A DNA stretch of 63,829 nucleotides, counting the filler, from Octopus bimaculoides (lineage: Eukaryota), in NCBI RefSeq assembly GCF_001194135.2. It is 5 parts of 5 records of this genome, joined end to end, with 100 filler letters (N's around TTAATTAATTAA, not from the genome) between each part and the next. Parts side by side here need not be neighbours in the genome. Positions count along the whole stretch, not along the records: positions 22,426 to 45,201 come from NC_069002.1; 4 more parts are not named here. The stretch is one strand, 5' to 3'. The first letter of the stretch is position 1; each line of letters opens with the position of its first letter. This document shows positions 25,620 through 38,112 of the stretch, piece by piece. Both the position numbers and the translations under genes were made by a program. Below the pieces are notes generated by a model that was not told where the DNA came from, did no database searches, and saw only the letters and a program-made list of their open reading frames with translations.

Positions 25620-25854
25620 AATATATATACACGATGGGCTTCTTTCAGTTTCCATCTACCAAGGATGAATTGTAGTCAACATAAGAATCACTGATTTGTA
25701 AATTTTGCCTTTTGTCCTTTCAGTGTCGATAAATTAAGTACCAGTTGCATACTGGGGTCAGTCTAATCGACTGGCCCCCTCCACCCAAATTTTGGACCTT
25801 GTGCTTGAAGTAGAAAAGAATAATCCATATGCATACATATATACATATATGTAT

Positions 25855-25903
<49 letters not shown>

Positions 25904-26161
25904 TATATATATGCATGTACATAGATACATGTGTATGTATATATATATATATATATATATATACATACATATATATAGATAGATATATATACATGCATAT
26001 ATACATATAAGAGCACTCAGCCAATTTATTGGAAGTTACACGCATGGATCATCAAAGCAATTTGATCCATATATATATATATATATATACATACATACAC
26101 TAACACACATACATGTAAACACACACATGTATGTATGGATATATGTGTATATATATATATA

Positions 26162-26389
26162 TTAAGAAGATAAAATAGAGAGATAATTGATAATTATTTA
26201 TTGAGTAAAAAATTAGACATCATCTCTGACAGCTGTTTCGATTCCAGACCTTTATAAATTAATTACCATAATTAAAACCATTTAAAAGTCGAATCTCATC
26301 ATAGTTGGCCAAAGATATACGATTAGGAGTTCATATTCCTGCTTGTTGAGTATACTATTAATTATCTCTCTATTTTCTTATCTTCTTAA
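26162..26389 (-). mobile_element. Small element with about 27-bp imperfect inverted termini enclosing a hammerhead-like motif
   Basis: ttaagaagataaaatagagagataatt / aattatctctctattttcttatcttcttaa; minus strand ATGATGA-GATTC...GAATC-GAAACAGCTGTC. Confidence 0.65.
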
Positions 26390-26612
26390 AATATATATAA
26401 ACCACGGTTTATCTATTTACTTTGCTGTTGAATATTGTAATATTCAGCATTTTTTAAATTGGTAACTAACCAGTATTTTCATTGGATTTATTATCCCTCA
26501 ATGAGGTTTGTAACCTTCATTTGAACTTATATATATGAGAGAGAGAGAAAGAGATAGATAGATATATACACATAGACATATATATATATGCACACATACA
26601 TATATATATGTG

Positions 26613-26665
<53 letters not shown>

Positions 26666-26666
26666 A

Positions 26667-26699
<33 letters not shown>

Positions 26700-26966
26700 N
26701 NNNNNNNNNNNNNNNNNNNNNNNNNNNNNNNNNNNNNNNNNNNNNNNNNNNNNNNNNNNNNNNNNNNNNNNNNNNNNNNNNNNNNNNNNNNNNNNNNNNN
26801 NNNNNNNNNNNNNNNNNNNNNNNNNNNNNNNNNNNNNNNNNNNNNNNNNNNNNNNNNNNNNNNNNNNNNNNNNNNNNNNNNNNNNNNNNNNNNNNNNNNN
26901 NNNNNNNNNNNNNNNNNNNNNNNNNNNNNNNNNNNNNNNNNNNNNNNNNNNNNNNNNNNNNNNNNN

Positions 26967-27420
26967 AGTCCAATGCCACTACACTAAAAAGATCGAAACA
27001 GTGCAGCGAATGAGTTACAGGGAGAGGCTGAGAAAACTAACTTTACTCTCTGGAGCGAAGGCATGAGAGATATGCAATAATATACATAAGGAAAATCCTA
27101 GAAGGGCTAGTACCTAATTTCAGCATTGTTAGACAAATGCCAGAACTGGCTGCCATTGTATTGTACCAAAGGTACCATCCACTCCATCAAACTCAGGACC
27201 AGGTACTGCAATAGTGTAGGGTTCAAAGGCCCACAGCTCTTCAATGCCCTGCCACAAAAATTAAGAAGTCTGCATAAGGTGGAAGTAGATGTCTTCAAAA
27301 AGGACCAAGACATCCTCCTCTCCTCAATACTGGATGAAACAACAGCCCGACATGAGGGGCAGACGAGGGCAGCAGAGCCAAACTCCTTCATACATCGAAT
27401 GGGCCAACAGCTGTGACAAA
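26967..27420 (+). mobile_element. CR1/L2-like LINE 3' fragment
   Basis: MSYRERLRKL...ERYAIIYIRKILEGLVPN and GPQLFNALPQKLR...VDVFKK. Confidence 0.8.
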
Positions 27421-27844
27421 GGCACATACAGGAGTGGTGATGTGAAACACCCCAAACTGAGGAAATCAAAACGACCACAGTGGTGCTCCAGCATGACCGC
27501 AGCCGCATGGCTGAAACGAGTAAAGGAATAAAAGATATGTACATTATATATACATATATATATAATGTACATATATATTATATCAACCCCAGGATGCAAC
27601 TGGTACTTAATTTATCGACCCCGAAAGGATGTAAGTCAAAGTCGACCTCGGTGGAATTTGAACTCAGAACATAAAGACAGACGAAATACAGCTAAGCATT
27701 TCATCCGATGTGCTAATGTTTCTGCCAGCTCACCACCTTTACATATATATCTCCTTGTGAATATGAATGGATTGTGCATGTAGCTATGTGTGTATGTACA
27801 TATGTATGTAGTGTGTGTTTGTATATATACCTGGATACATATTC

Positions 27845-28064
27845 TTTTTATTCTTTTATTTGTTTCAGTCATTTGACTGTGGCCATGCTGGAGCACCGCC
27901 TTTAGTCGAAGAAATCGACCCCAGAACTTATTCTTTGTAAGCCTAGTACTTATTCTATCGGTCGCTTTTGCCGAATCATTAAGTGACAGAGATATAAACA
28001 CACCAGCATCAGTTGTCAAGAGATGGTGGGGCACAAACACCGACACACAAACATATACACATAC

Positions 28065-28120
<56 letters not shown>

Positions 28121-28272
28121 GACGGGCTTCTTTCAGTTTCCGTCTACCAAATCCACTCACAAGGCTTTGGTCAGCCAGAGGCTATAGTAGAAGACACTTG
28201 CCCAAGGTGCCACACAGTGGGACTGAACCTGGAACCATGTGGTTGGTAAGTAAGCTACTTACCACACAGCCA
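27845..28272 (-). mobile_element. SINE family A, full length
   Basis: Minus head gtggctgtgtggtaagtagcttacttaccaacc, B box ggttcagtccc. Confidence 0.88.
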
Positions 28273-28469
28273 CAATATTCTCTAATTGGACTGTGGCCCT
28301 CTTCAGCCACTGACTCGAAGGGTTTAAGCATGTCAGCCTTGGTACGCTTACTAATCAGACTAAGGCGTACATAATGTCTGGTTTTCTATGGTATGCAGAA
28401 TTATCTGCTGATTGTACACCCGTTTGTATACATGATGTATAATTTTCTAGAATGTTGTGCATGTGTATA

Positions 28470-28501
<32 letters not shown>

Positions 28502-28788
28502 CATACATACATACATACATACACATGCTTACATATGTGTATGAGAGAGAGAGAGAGGTTTTGGTGACGCAAACAGGAAAATAAACTCAAAGCATAAGTG
28601 TATGTATATATAAATGTTTTTTGTTGGTAATTGATTATTAATAAAAATAAAGTATATGTTATCAATAAAACAACGTAAATGAGGATATCTATATATGTGT
28701 GTGTGTGTATGAAAAGAAATTGTACAAATCTAGACAAGAAAGCATGGATAAGTGAATGTAGATGATATAGTGTCTGTACCTTTGTGTG

Positions 28789-28820
<32 letters not shown>

Positions 28821-28932
28821 NNNNNNNNNNNNNNNNNNNNNNNNNNNNNNNNNNNNNNNNNNNNNNNNNNNNNNNNNNNNNNNNNNNNNNNNNNNNNNNN
28901 NNNNNNNNNNNNNNNNNNNNNNNNNNNNNNNN

Positions 28933-29275
28933 GTCTGTGACAGACCATGTCTGTCCTTGGCTGGCCTCAAATCTCACCTGCGAACCCATGGAAAACAAAC
29001 CTCACCCAGCTATTCTGATTATATGTCTGTGCACACGTTTGAATGTGGTGTGTGCCAGAGGGTTTGCAAATCCAATGGGGGTCTTAAAAGACATGTTAGG
29101 ATCCACAATGAGCAGAACTTACTTGCAGGTATTGGTAGTGCAAATCAGAGGTGCAATCTGTGTGGGTGTTTTTTCAAAACACTGTCTGGTTTAAAAAGCC
29201 ACATCAGACGCCATGAAAGGGCTAAGGTGTAGGTGCAGGAGGTGGTCAAACTCTGTTTAAGGAGTAGACAACCAC
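28933..29275 (+). mobile_element. Probable RTE LINE 3' end with three C2H2 fingers
   Basis: CDRPCLSLAGLKSHLRTH, CGVCQRVCKSNGGLKRHVRIH, CNLCGCFFKTLSGLKSHIRRH-stop; no TGEKP linkers; short 3' UTR then microsatellite. Confidence 0.6.
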
Positions 29276-29385
29276 CATATATGTGTGTATATGTATGTGA
29301 ATATTTATATGCATATATATATGTATATTTACATGTATATATATGTGTATATATATAAATATATATGAACGTATATGTATGTGTA

Positions 29386-29419
<34 letters not shown>

Positions 29420-30554
29420 ATCACATATACATATATGTATGTATAAATATATGTGTGTATAAACATATATGCATGCACAAATACACCCATAGTGTACAAT
29501 GTTTGTACTTTTATTTTGTTTGTGTGGGTGGGCGGCACAATTGACTGCCAGGGTGGAGGGGAGGAACGGAGTATCGAGGTAATTAGGTTTTGTCAGTGCA
29601 GTTTATGGGGAGGAAATCTGATGATGAGGGAAGCAGCAGGGACATGATGGCAGTGGTAGCGGTGGTGTGGGGGGGGGAGGGGTGGAAGTAAGAATGGGAT
29701 GAGGAGGAGGAGGAGTGTGGAGGAAGCTGGGTGAGAGGGAAGATGAAGAAGGAATGAAGTGGGTAGAGCCGCTGCGCCAGAAAGTAATGTATTTGTGTCT
29801 ATTTTGTCAGGGAAGATTGGGGTGGGGGGACAGTCGGGTGGCGCATCGGCTTACCACTGTACCTAGTGTCTAACGAAGTAGGTTTGAAGATATGAGAAGC
29901 GCAATGGGTAATGATGACACTAGGTGAACATAGGGAGATGATAACAACTACAACAGCCAAAGCAACTGCATTTAATGTTGTTGTCTTTTNNNNNNNNNNA
30001 AAAAAAAAAAAAAAAAAGTACAGAAGACGGAAAGAAGAATCAGACGAAGATGATGTGTATTGCATCCGTGCAAAAATATGTAAAAAAAAAAAAGAAATGA
30101 AAGAAGTTTATACAAAGCTTTCCGCTGTGTGAGTCAGCATTTCTCACTTTAGGGAAAGAAAAAGGGAGACTTTGGAACCAGCAGCCTGAACTATAGAATT
30201 TACCAGAAGAGAAAGAGAGAATGCATGTAGGTTATATGCCACCTTTGAAACTGTATTTCTACACCCCTGCCATCTACATTCATATATACACTCGTACCCA
30301 CACATACACATATATACCCATACATAAATATATAGTCACATGCACACATATATCCAATATACATATACAATTATTTCTGTTTGTGTGTAGGCAAAACTGT
30401 CGTATCATACCCGTTATTGTTGGTTTAAACCTGTGTTTCTGAAGCATTTTTTGCTTATGGACCCTACTTTGATCCCTATTTTATTCATTTGATGGTTAAA
30501 AAATCCTATCATATATTTCTAATTAAATATTATGAGGAATTTTATAAAAATATT

Positions 30555-31037
30555 TTCAACCTTTTCGTTACTGTATTTATTTTAAGATGCTCTGTGTTTC
30601 TTTCAATTACTTTAAATATAACAAAGAATTTAGTAAAATAACTTAGTTACCATTAAGCTAGTGTTAGGAACATGAATTATGACTAAGGTTTGATGAAAGA
30701 TTTTAATTCAAAACTTATGAAAACAAGACATTTGTACTACAGAGCCTAAGCTGGTTTCAGCCGGGTTGGTATCAAAAGGGTTAAGAATTGTTTCTCTATT
30801 ATATATTCTAACCCTTTTGTTACCATATTGCTGTTGAGATGCTGTGTGTTTCTTTCAATTAATTTTAAATATAACAAAGAATTTAGTAAAATAACTTAGT
30901 TATCATTCAGCTAGTGTTAGGAACATAAATTGTGACTAAGGTTTGGTGGAAGATTTTAATTCAAAACTTATGAAAACAAGACATTTTTACTACAGAGCCT
31001 GAGGCAGTTTCAGCCGGGTTGGTAACGAAAGGGTTAA
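30555..31037. mobile_element. Two tandem piggyBac-type MITEs nested in a hAT-like element (about 30430-31130)
   Basis: Two copies of about 230 bp ending ggta(t/a)c(a/g)aaagggttaa; flanks tatggaccc...gacccagttgggaac. Confidence 0.75.
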
Positions 31038-31212
31038 AATATTTTGTGTGGAAGTATAACCAATTTATTGTACGCAAATTTTAACAACAAAGTCTTATAT
31101 GGACCCAGTTGGGAACATCTAAGACTTATATGAACCCTGGTTTAAACATGCCTTTTCCTCATTTGAGTAATGAGTAGTGTTTCATCATATTTAATCATTT
31201 AATATTTATTAA

Positions 31213-31990
31213 TATTAAGGTGGTGAGCTGGCAGAAATGTTAGCACGCCGGGCGAAATGCTTAGCAGCATTTCGTCTGTCTTTATGTTCTGAGTTCAAAT
31301 TCCAGCATGGTCGACTTTGCCTTTCATCCTTTTGGGGTCGATGAAATAAGTACCAGTTATGCACTGGGGTCAATGAAATAAGTACCAGTTATGCACTGGG
31401 GTCACTGTAATCGACTTAATCCTTTTGTCTGTCCTTGTTTGTTCCCTCTATGTTTAGCCTCCTGTGGGCAATAAAGAAATAAATATTTATCAATATTAAG
31501 GCAGTGAGCTAGCGGAAACCTTAGTACACCGGGCAAAATGCTTTGCAGTATTTTGTCTGTCTTTACATTCAGAGTTCAAATTCCACCAAGGTTGACTTTG
31601 GCTTTCATCCTTTCTGGGTCGATAAATTAAGTACCGGTTGCATACTGGGGTTGATCTAATCAACTGCCCCCCCACTCCCCAAAACTTTCAGGCCTTGTGC
31701 CTTGAGTAGAAAAAAATATCTATTGATATCTAAGGTGGTGAACTGGTAGAATCCTTAGCACAGCAGGCAAAATGCTTAGCAGTGTTTTAATTCATCTTTA
31801 CGTTCTGAGTTCAAATCCTGCCGTGGTCTGCTTTGCCTTTTATCCCTTCTGAGTTGACAAAGGAAGTACCAACTGAGCACTAAGGATTGATGTAATCGAC
31901 TCAACCCCTTCCTGAAATCGATGGCCCTGTGACAAAATTTGAAACCAATATTAGTATTTAAGGTGGCAAGCTGGTAGAATTGTAAGCATC
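31213..31990 (+). mobile_element. Head-to-tail cluster of SINE family B copies
   Basis: taagg(t/c)(g/a)gtga(g/a)ct.g heads at about 31215, 31497, 31730 and 31960. Confidence 0.82.
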
Positions 31991-32152
31991 GCCGCAGACA
32001 TGGCTGTGTGGTAGGAAGCTTGCTTCCAAACCACATGGTTCCAGGTTCAGTTCCACTACATAGTATCATGGGCAAGTGTTTTCTACTATAGCCTCAGGCT
32101 GATCAAAGCCTTTGGAGTGGATTTTGTAAACAGAAACTGAAAGAAACCCATC

Positions 32153-32226
<74 letters not shown>

Positions 32227-32363
32227 ACATACAGTGTACATTTAAATACATAAGAGGTATCCATCATAGGATTCCCTCACACTAGAAAGGACAGCTAAGT
32301 TCCAAACCACTATTAAGGATAAAATTTTGAAAGGAATGAAAAATAAAAACATTTACCAATCTA

Positions 32364-32439
32364 GTTCCTGAACCAATGGTTTCTGACTTATTTAAGCAAA
32401 TAAAATAATTTGCCAGGCGTAATCTTCCTCAGCAGGTAC
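32364..32439 (-). ncRNA. Candidate type I hammerhead ribozyme (Penelope-type)
   Basis: Stem I GTACCTG/CAGGAAC, core CTGAGGA, stem II GATT/AGTC with distal GCAAAT/ATTTGC, GAAA, stem III ACCA-T-TGGT, GUU cleavage triplet. Confidence 0.6.
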
Positions 32440-32639
32440 ACCCAGATTAAACATATATACATGAGGCAATCCAGTATATACCCCATGCTTATACATTCTA
32501 ATTTTTCAAATCTATCGTGCAAGAGCAGCTCCTCGTCGGCAGTAAATAAATGCCAGCGTTTAAAATTCGAAAATTATCCAGAAACGGAATTATCAATAAT
32601 TAATAATATCGAAGGGTAATATATATATATATATATATT

Positions 32640-33380
32640 CTCTTTTATTTGTTTCTGTTATTTGACTGTGGCCATGATGGAGCACCACCTTTAGTCAGTC
32701 AAACAAATCAACCCCACCACTTATTCTTTGTAAGGCCAGTACTTATTCTATCGGTCTCTTTTGCCGAACTGCTAAGTTACGAGGACATAAATACACCAAC
32801 ATCGGTTATCAAGCGATTGTGGGGGACAAACAAACACACACACTAGCACACATATATACGACGGGCTTCTTTCAGCTTCCATCTACCAAATCTACTCACA
32901 AGGCTTTGGTTTGCCTGAGGCTATAGTAGAAGACACTTGCTCTAGGTTCCCTTGCAGTGGGACTGAACCCGGAACCATGTGGTTGGTAAGCAAGCTACTT
33001 ACCACACAGCCACTCCTGCACCTGTCTTTGTGCCTCCACTATCGCTTGACAACCGATCTTGGTGTGTTTACGTCCCCTGTAACTTAGCACTTAGTGGATT
33101 TGGTAGACGGAAACTGAAAGAAGCATGTCGTATATATATGTATATATATATGTGTATGTGTATGTATTTATGTGTCTGTGTTTGCCCCACCACTATTGCT
33201 TGACAATCAATGTTGGTGTGTTTACATCGCTGTAACGTAGCAGTTCAGCAAAAGAAACTGATAGAATAAGTACTAGGCTTACAAAGAATAAGTCCTGAGG
33301 CCGATTTCTTTGACGAAAACTCTTCAAGGTGGTGCTCCAGCATGGCCGCATGTTAAATAACTGAAACAACTAAAAGAAAT
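32640..33380. mobile_element. Two SINE family A copies in opposite orientation
   Basis: 32640-33025 on minus and about 33040-33380 on plus. Confidence 0.75.
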
Positions 33381-35635
33381 AAGACACACACACACGCAAG
33401 GCTTCTTTCAGTTTCTGTGTATTAAATACACTCAGAAGATTATGGCTGTAGTAAACGACACTTGGCCAAGTTGCCACACTGTGGGATAGAACCTGAAACC
33501 ACATTGTCGGGTGTGTGTGTGCTTGTGTTTGTGCACCTGCATAGGATAAGCTGGGTCTAAAGAAAACCTTTTCATGACAAACAAGTTAATATTGTCTAGG
33601 AAAGAAGAGCAACCTTGTACTGTGTGTCTTTTCTTCAACAGCCATCAGTTAAAGAAGTAATTAATTTGGAGTGCTTGCTTGATGGTATCGCTGGTCAATA
33701 CAATAATGCTTAACTGATAGAGTGGTTTAGATATGATATGTATCTCCTGTCTACAACGTACTCTGGTTTTCTTTGAAGAACTAAATAAGTTGTTACTACT
33801 ACTACTACTACTTAGGTTCTGATTTTAATATAAAGGCTATCATACCAGCTCATCTATTTTATTAAGACATTAGCGTAGACAGGATTATCTCTTTCTCTCT
33901 CTCGCTCTTTCACACGCACACATGCATCTATAATGTAATTAATATGTTTGTTTATATTATGTATATTATGTATACTGTTTATATTAGTCAGACTGATCTC
34001 CTCAACTTCATTCTTACTTTCACTACATTTCTGCTGTTGTATGCTCCAGCCATGTTCAGGTGTCTTGTGTTCAAATCCATTGTTGTATCAGAATTTTTAA
34101 TCTAATCCTTTATTTAATCCATGGAGGTATGTTGTTCTTGTTCAGCTCTCTGCATTTTGTGACATTTTTTGCTTCAATGGATTTTTTTTTATCTTTAATT
34201 ATCTTACTACCTTGCCCTGGGTTGAACTTGGAATCTCTAGGTGACTGCACCACATTAACCAATGCTTTTGTCTACTACTCTATGCCCGGGCATAGCGTAG
34301 GCGATAGCAGTGCAGATGGCCGAAGCAAAGAATTGTCACGAGAGTGAAATGAGAACAGTGTGTTCCCATGGATCAAATAAAGGCTTAGGTTCTGAAATTC
34401 TGGTACAACCACCAAAGGTCAATACAAGACACCTAAAGACGGCTGGAGCTTACAATGGTCAAAATGTAGTGAAAGCAACAATCAAGATGAGGTCACCAGT
34501 CTCTCTCCCCCACTGCCACCTTCAACACTACTACTTTTAATAAAACATCATCAACTCTCCCTAAATTTCTTTGTCTCTCTTTCTCTCCTCTTTTTCTTTC
34601 TCTCTGTCTTCACCACCACCATCACTGTTTCTATGCCAAGTATTACTTTCACCCCAACATGAGCAATAGTAGAAGTATCACTAAATAGTGAGAGAGAGAG
34701 GGTCAAAGTGCGGCACACTGACACTCAGAAATTAGAATTCACAGGCTTCTTTCAGTTTCTGTCTACCAAATCCACTCACAAGTCTTTCGTCAGCCCAAGG
34801 CTACAGTAGAAGACATTTGCCCAAGGTGTGACACAGTGGGACTGAACCCAGAACCATGTGGTTAGGAAGCAAGCTTCTTACCACATTGCCTCGCTTAACT
34901 GTACTTTTGTGTGTTTGTGTGTTTGTATAAATATATTTCTATTTTGTTCACATTTGAAGTGTGAGAAAAATATGTTTTGTTTGCAGTAATGTTTTTATTC
35001 CTAATAAATTGAAACAACAGGATGTAATTTTTTGAGAAAACCAGAAGCACAACACCAACGCTTTCATAAATGAATGCACAGTATATGACCAGCTGTCACA
35101 TGATACTCATGAAGGTGGAGGCACCGTGGGGGTGGGGGGCTCCCCCCCCCCATCCATGTAATTAATATATAAATACATTTTAAACCATTGGATTGAGCTA
35201 CTTTATCGTTTCATGATTTGTTGTTTAAAAAGAGAAAACTACATTTTTATATTGCTAAAGAAAATATTTAATGTTTACAGATGCTGAAATTCCCAAATTC
35301 ATTGCATAAAAATCCAAAGGCTGTTTCTTTTCCTACTTTCTTTCTTTTTTTCTTTTTTCCCCCTCTTTTTTTCTTTTTCTTTGTAAAATGGAAGACGTGA
35401 GAAAAAGTTGGAAGAGAGGTTTAAAGATTTCACACTTAAATGAAGACGTGCTGTTAACTCTTCCAAGTTTTTAGTATTTCATAAATCAACATACGATAAA
35501 ATCAAAAATAGTTTTATTACATTCTCTCTCTCACTCTCTATTTAAAAATGTTTTTGTGTATGTAGGTATGTTATGTTATGTATGTATGTATGTATGTGTG
35601 TGTATGTATATATGTGTTCTTTAAGAAGAACAGTA

Positions 35636-35726
35636 TTGACAATGACTTTGAAGTTTTGGCCAAGTGCACCATCATTGGACAAATCAATGATGGATTAGTT
35701 GGCTGAAACTTCAAAGTCACTGTCAA
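35636..35726. other. About 90-nt near-perfect hairpin
   Basis: ttgacaatgactttgaagttt/aaacttcaaagtcactgtcaa, ggccaa/ttggct, ccatcattg/caatgatgg, 7-nt loop. Confidence 0.85.
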
Positions 35727-35821
35727 AAAGAACAATTTGTACTCGACAAAAGTATAGAGTAATCCTTCAGATTAATGTAAAATTGTTTTGCATTATAACT
35801 TCACATAAAAAACAAACATTA

Positions 35822-35870
<49 letters not shown>

Positions 35871-36119
35871 NNNNNNNNNNNNNNNNNNNNNNNNNNNNNN
35901 NNNNNNNNNNNNNNNNNNNNNNNNNNNNNNNNNNNNNNNNNNNNNNNNNNNNNNNNNNNNNNNNNNNNNNNNNNNNNNNNNNNNNNNNNNNNNNNNNNNN
36001 NNNNNNNNNNNNNNNNNNNNNNNNNNNNNNNNNNNNNNNNNNNNNNNNNNNNNNNNNNNNNNNNNNNNNNNNNNNNNNNNNNNNNNNNNNNNNNNNNGTC
36101 AAATGTCTGAAACAAGTAA

Positions 36120-36159
<40 letters not shown>

Positions 36160-36236
36160 AAGGATTGCTTTGGTCCAGTGGTAGAACATCAGTTGTGTCT
36201 ACAATAAATGTAGGTTCAAGACCTACAGGTAGCCCT
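36160..36236 (+). pseudogene. tRNA-like relic (SINE head or tRNA pseudogene)
   Basis: A-box-like tggtccagtggta, perfect T-arm gtagg-ttcaaga-cctac; anticodon arm does not pair well. Confidence 0.3.
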
Positions 36237-36457
36237 TTTAAGGCAGTGACCTGGCAGAATCGTTACTGCACTGAGTAAAATGCTTAGCAGCATTCTGTCT
36301 AAACTTATGTTCTGAGTTCAAATTGCGCTCAAGTCGACTTTGCTTTTCATCCTTTCAGGGTTGATAGAATAAGTACCAGTTGAACACTGGGGTCGATGCA
36401 ACCATAACTGACTTACCTTGTCCCTCTAAATTACTAGCCTTGTGCCAAAATTTGAAA

Positions 36458-36501
<44 letters not shown>

Positions 36502-36574
36502 CACAAACACAAATCTAATTTCGGGCTTTGAGCCTATAGCAGAGAGAATTATATATATATATATATATATATGT

Positions 36575-36614
<40 letters not shown>

Positions 36615-37139
36615 ATATAGATGAATCTTGATTGCTTGCTTGCAATGTTACCCAGCCAAGCTGGCACATAATGGGTAAATACTATGAATTAAGTTTACCC
36701 TGAAATGTTAATACAAATGGAATGAAACAAGTTTCGTGTAAATCAGGGCACTCGATATTCGGGGTTTGGGGGTATAAGTACCCAAAATGGTGCATAATAG
36801 GAAAATGTTCCGAATATAACTTCAATCCCAAAAGGGAAGAAACTCTAGCCTTTCGATTAGACAGTGATTTGACAACAAAAAAATATGATTTTTTTACAGT
36901 AAATGTTTCTGTTTTCGCTTTTGTTAAGCACAATATGTTTTTTTTTAAATTATTTTCAAGTGAATACCATTACAAAAAATTTTTTTGACATATTTAAAAA
37001 ATATTTTCAAGTGTAAATGACTTCTAAAATGCTGCAGATGTTTCGTAAAAAATCCATTCATAGCCTCGATGTGAAATAGATTTTTTTTCCATTTTTTTTT
37101 TTTTTCTTTTTGGAGTGCATCCAACATATCTCACTGCCA

Positions 37140-37257
37140 AAGATTTGGCTGTTATTTCTAGCACGCCCTGCTACCACACAACAGCTATTTGCAGTAAAGG
37201 ACCTGAAATGCCTGTTACATGGTAGCAGAGCATGCAAGAAATAGCAGCCAAATCTTT
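37140..37257. repeat. Short inverted-repeat element (agatttggctgttatttct / agaaatagcagccaaatct)
   Basis: 19-bp inverted ends; half copies at about 11185, 42765 and 60845-60915. Confidence 0.75.
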
Positions 37258-38040
37258 CCTTTTTTTGAGGAAAGGAGCTGTTTACTTGTGATTTCGATGT
37301 TACATTCATTGAAAACATACAAAATAACCTGGAAAAGAAAACCCATGAAACAAAATCCCATTGCTGAGAAACTCAGAGTTTCCTGGTGACCCAACAGGTC
37401 ACAGGTAGTCTAGTATATATATAATGTTTAATTAACAAGTCACAGATTATGCGATGCTGAGAGTTTCTAAAAAGAATGAAGTAGTGCTGGACATGGTTAC
37501 TAATGACTACAAATTTTAATAACTTAGTATTAAGTAAAAAAGTAAATAAATAAATGAAAATAGAAGCTAAGGAAGTGAATTCTTTGAATCTGTTCCTTAT
37601 TCCTTAATTTCTAAACTGACTTTGGATTATGATGATAAACTGATTATCTCTCTTGTAACAGCTGGTGGCTGCCACAAGGACCATATCAAGATATATGTAC
37701 ACAGTTATTATTATTATTATTATTATCATTTAACAATTTAATGTAGCTTAAAATCCACCCGTTCACTTTATTTAACAGAATATCTTTCCACAAACTTCTT
37801 TGTGGAAGTAGTTTGTATATAGCATCTATTTTGTATGTAAGTGCTTTTGTTTTTCAGCTTTTCAAATGCACACATTTATATAAACATACATGCATACATA
37901 TGTGTGTGTGTGTAAACATAGAGATATATAAACATACATATAAATATAGATATTTACACACACATACCATATTTCATCATCATTTAATGCTCATTTTCCA
38001 TGTTGGTATGGGTTGGACATACACTAATATATATAAATAA

Positions 38041-38112
<72 letters not shown>

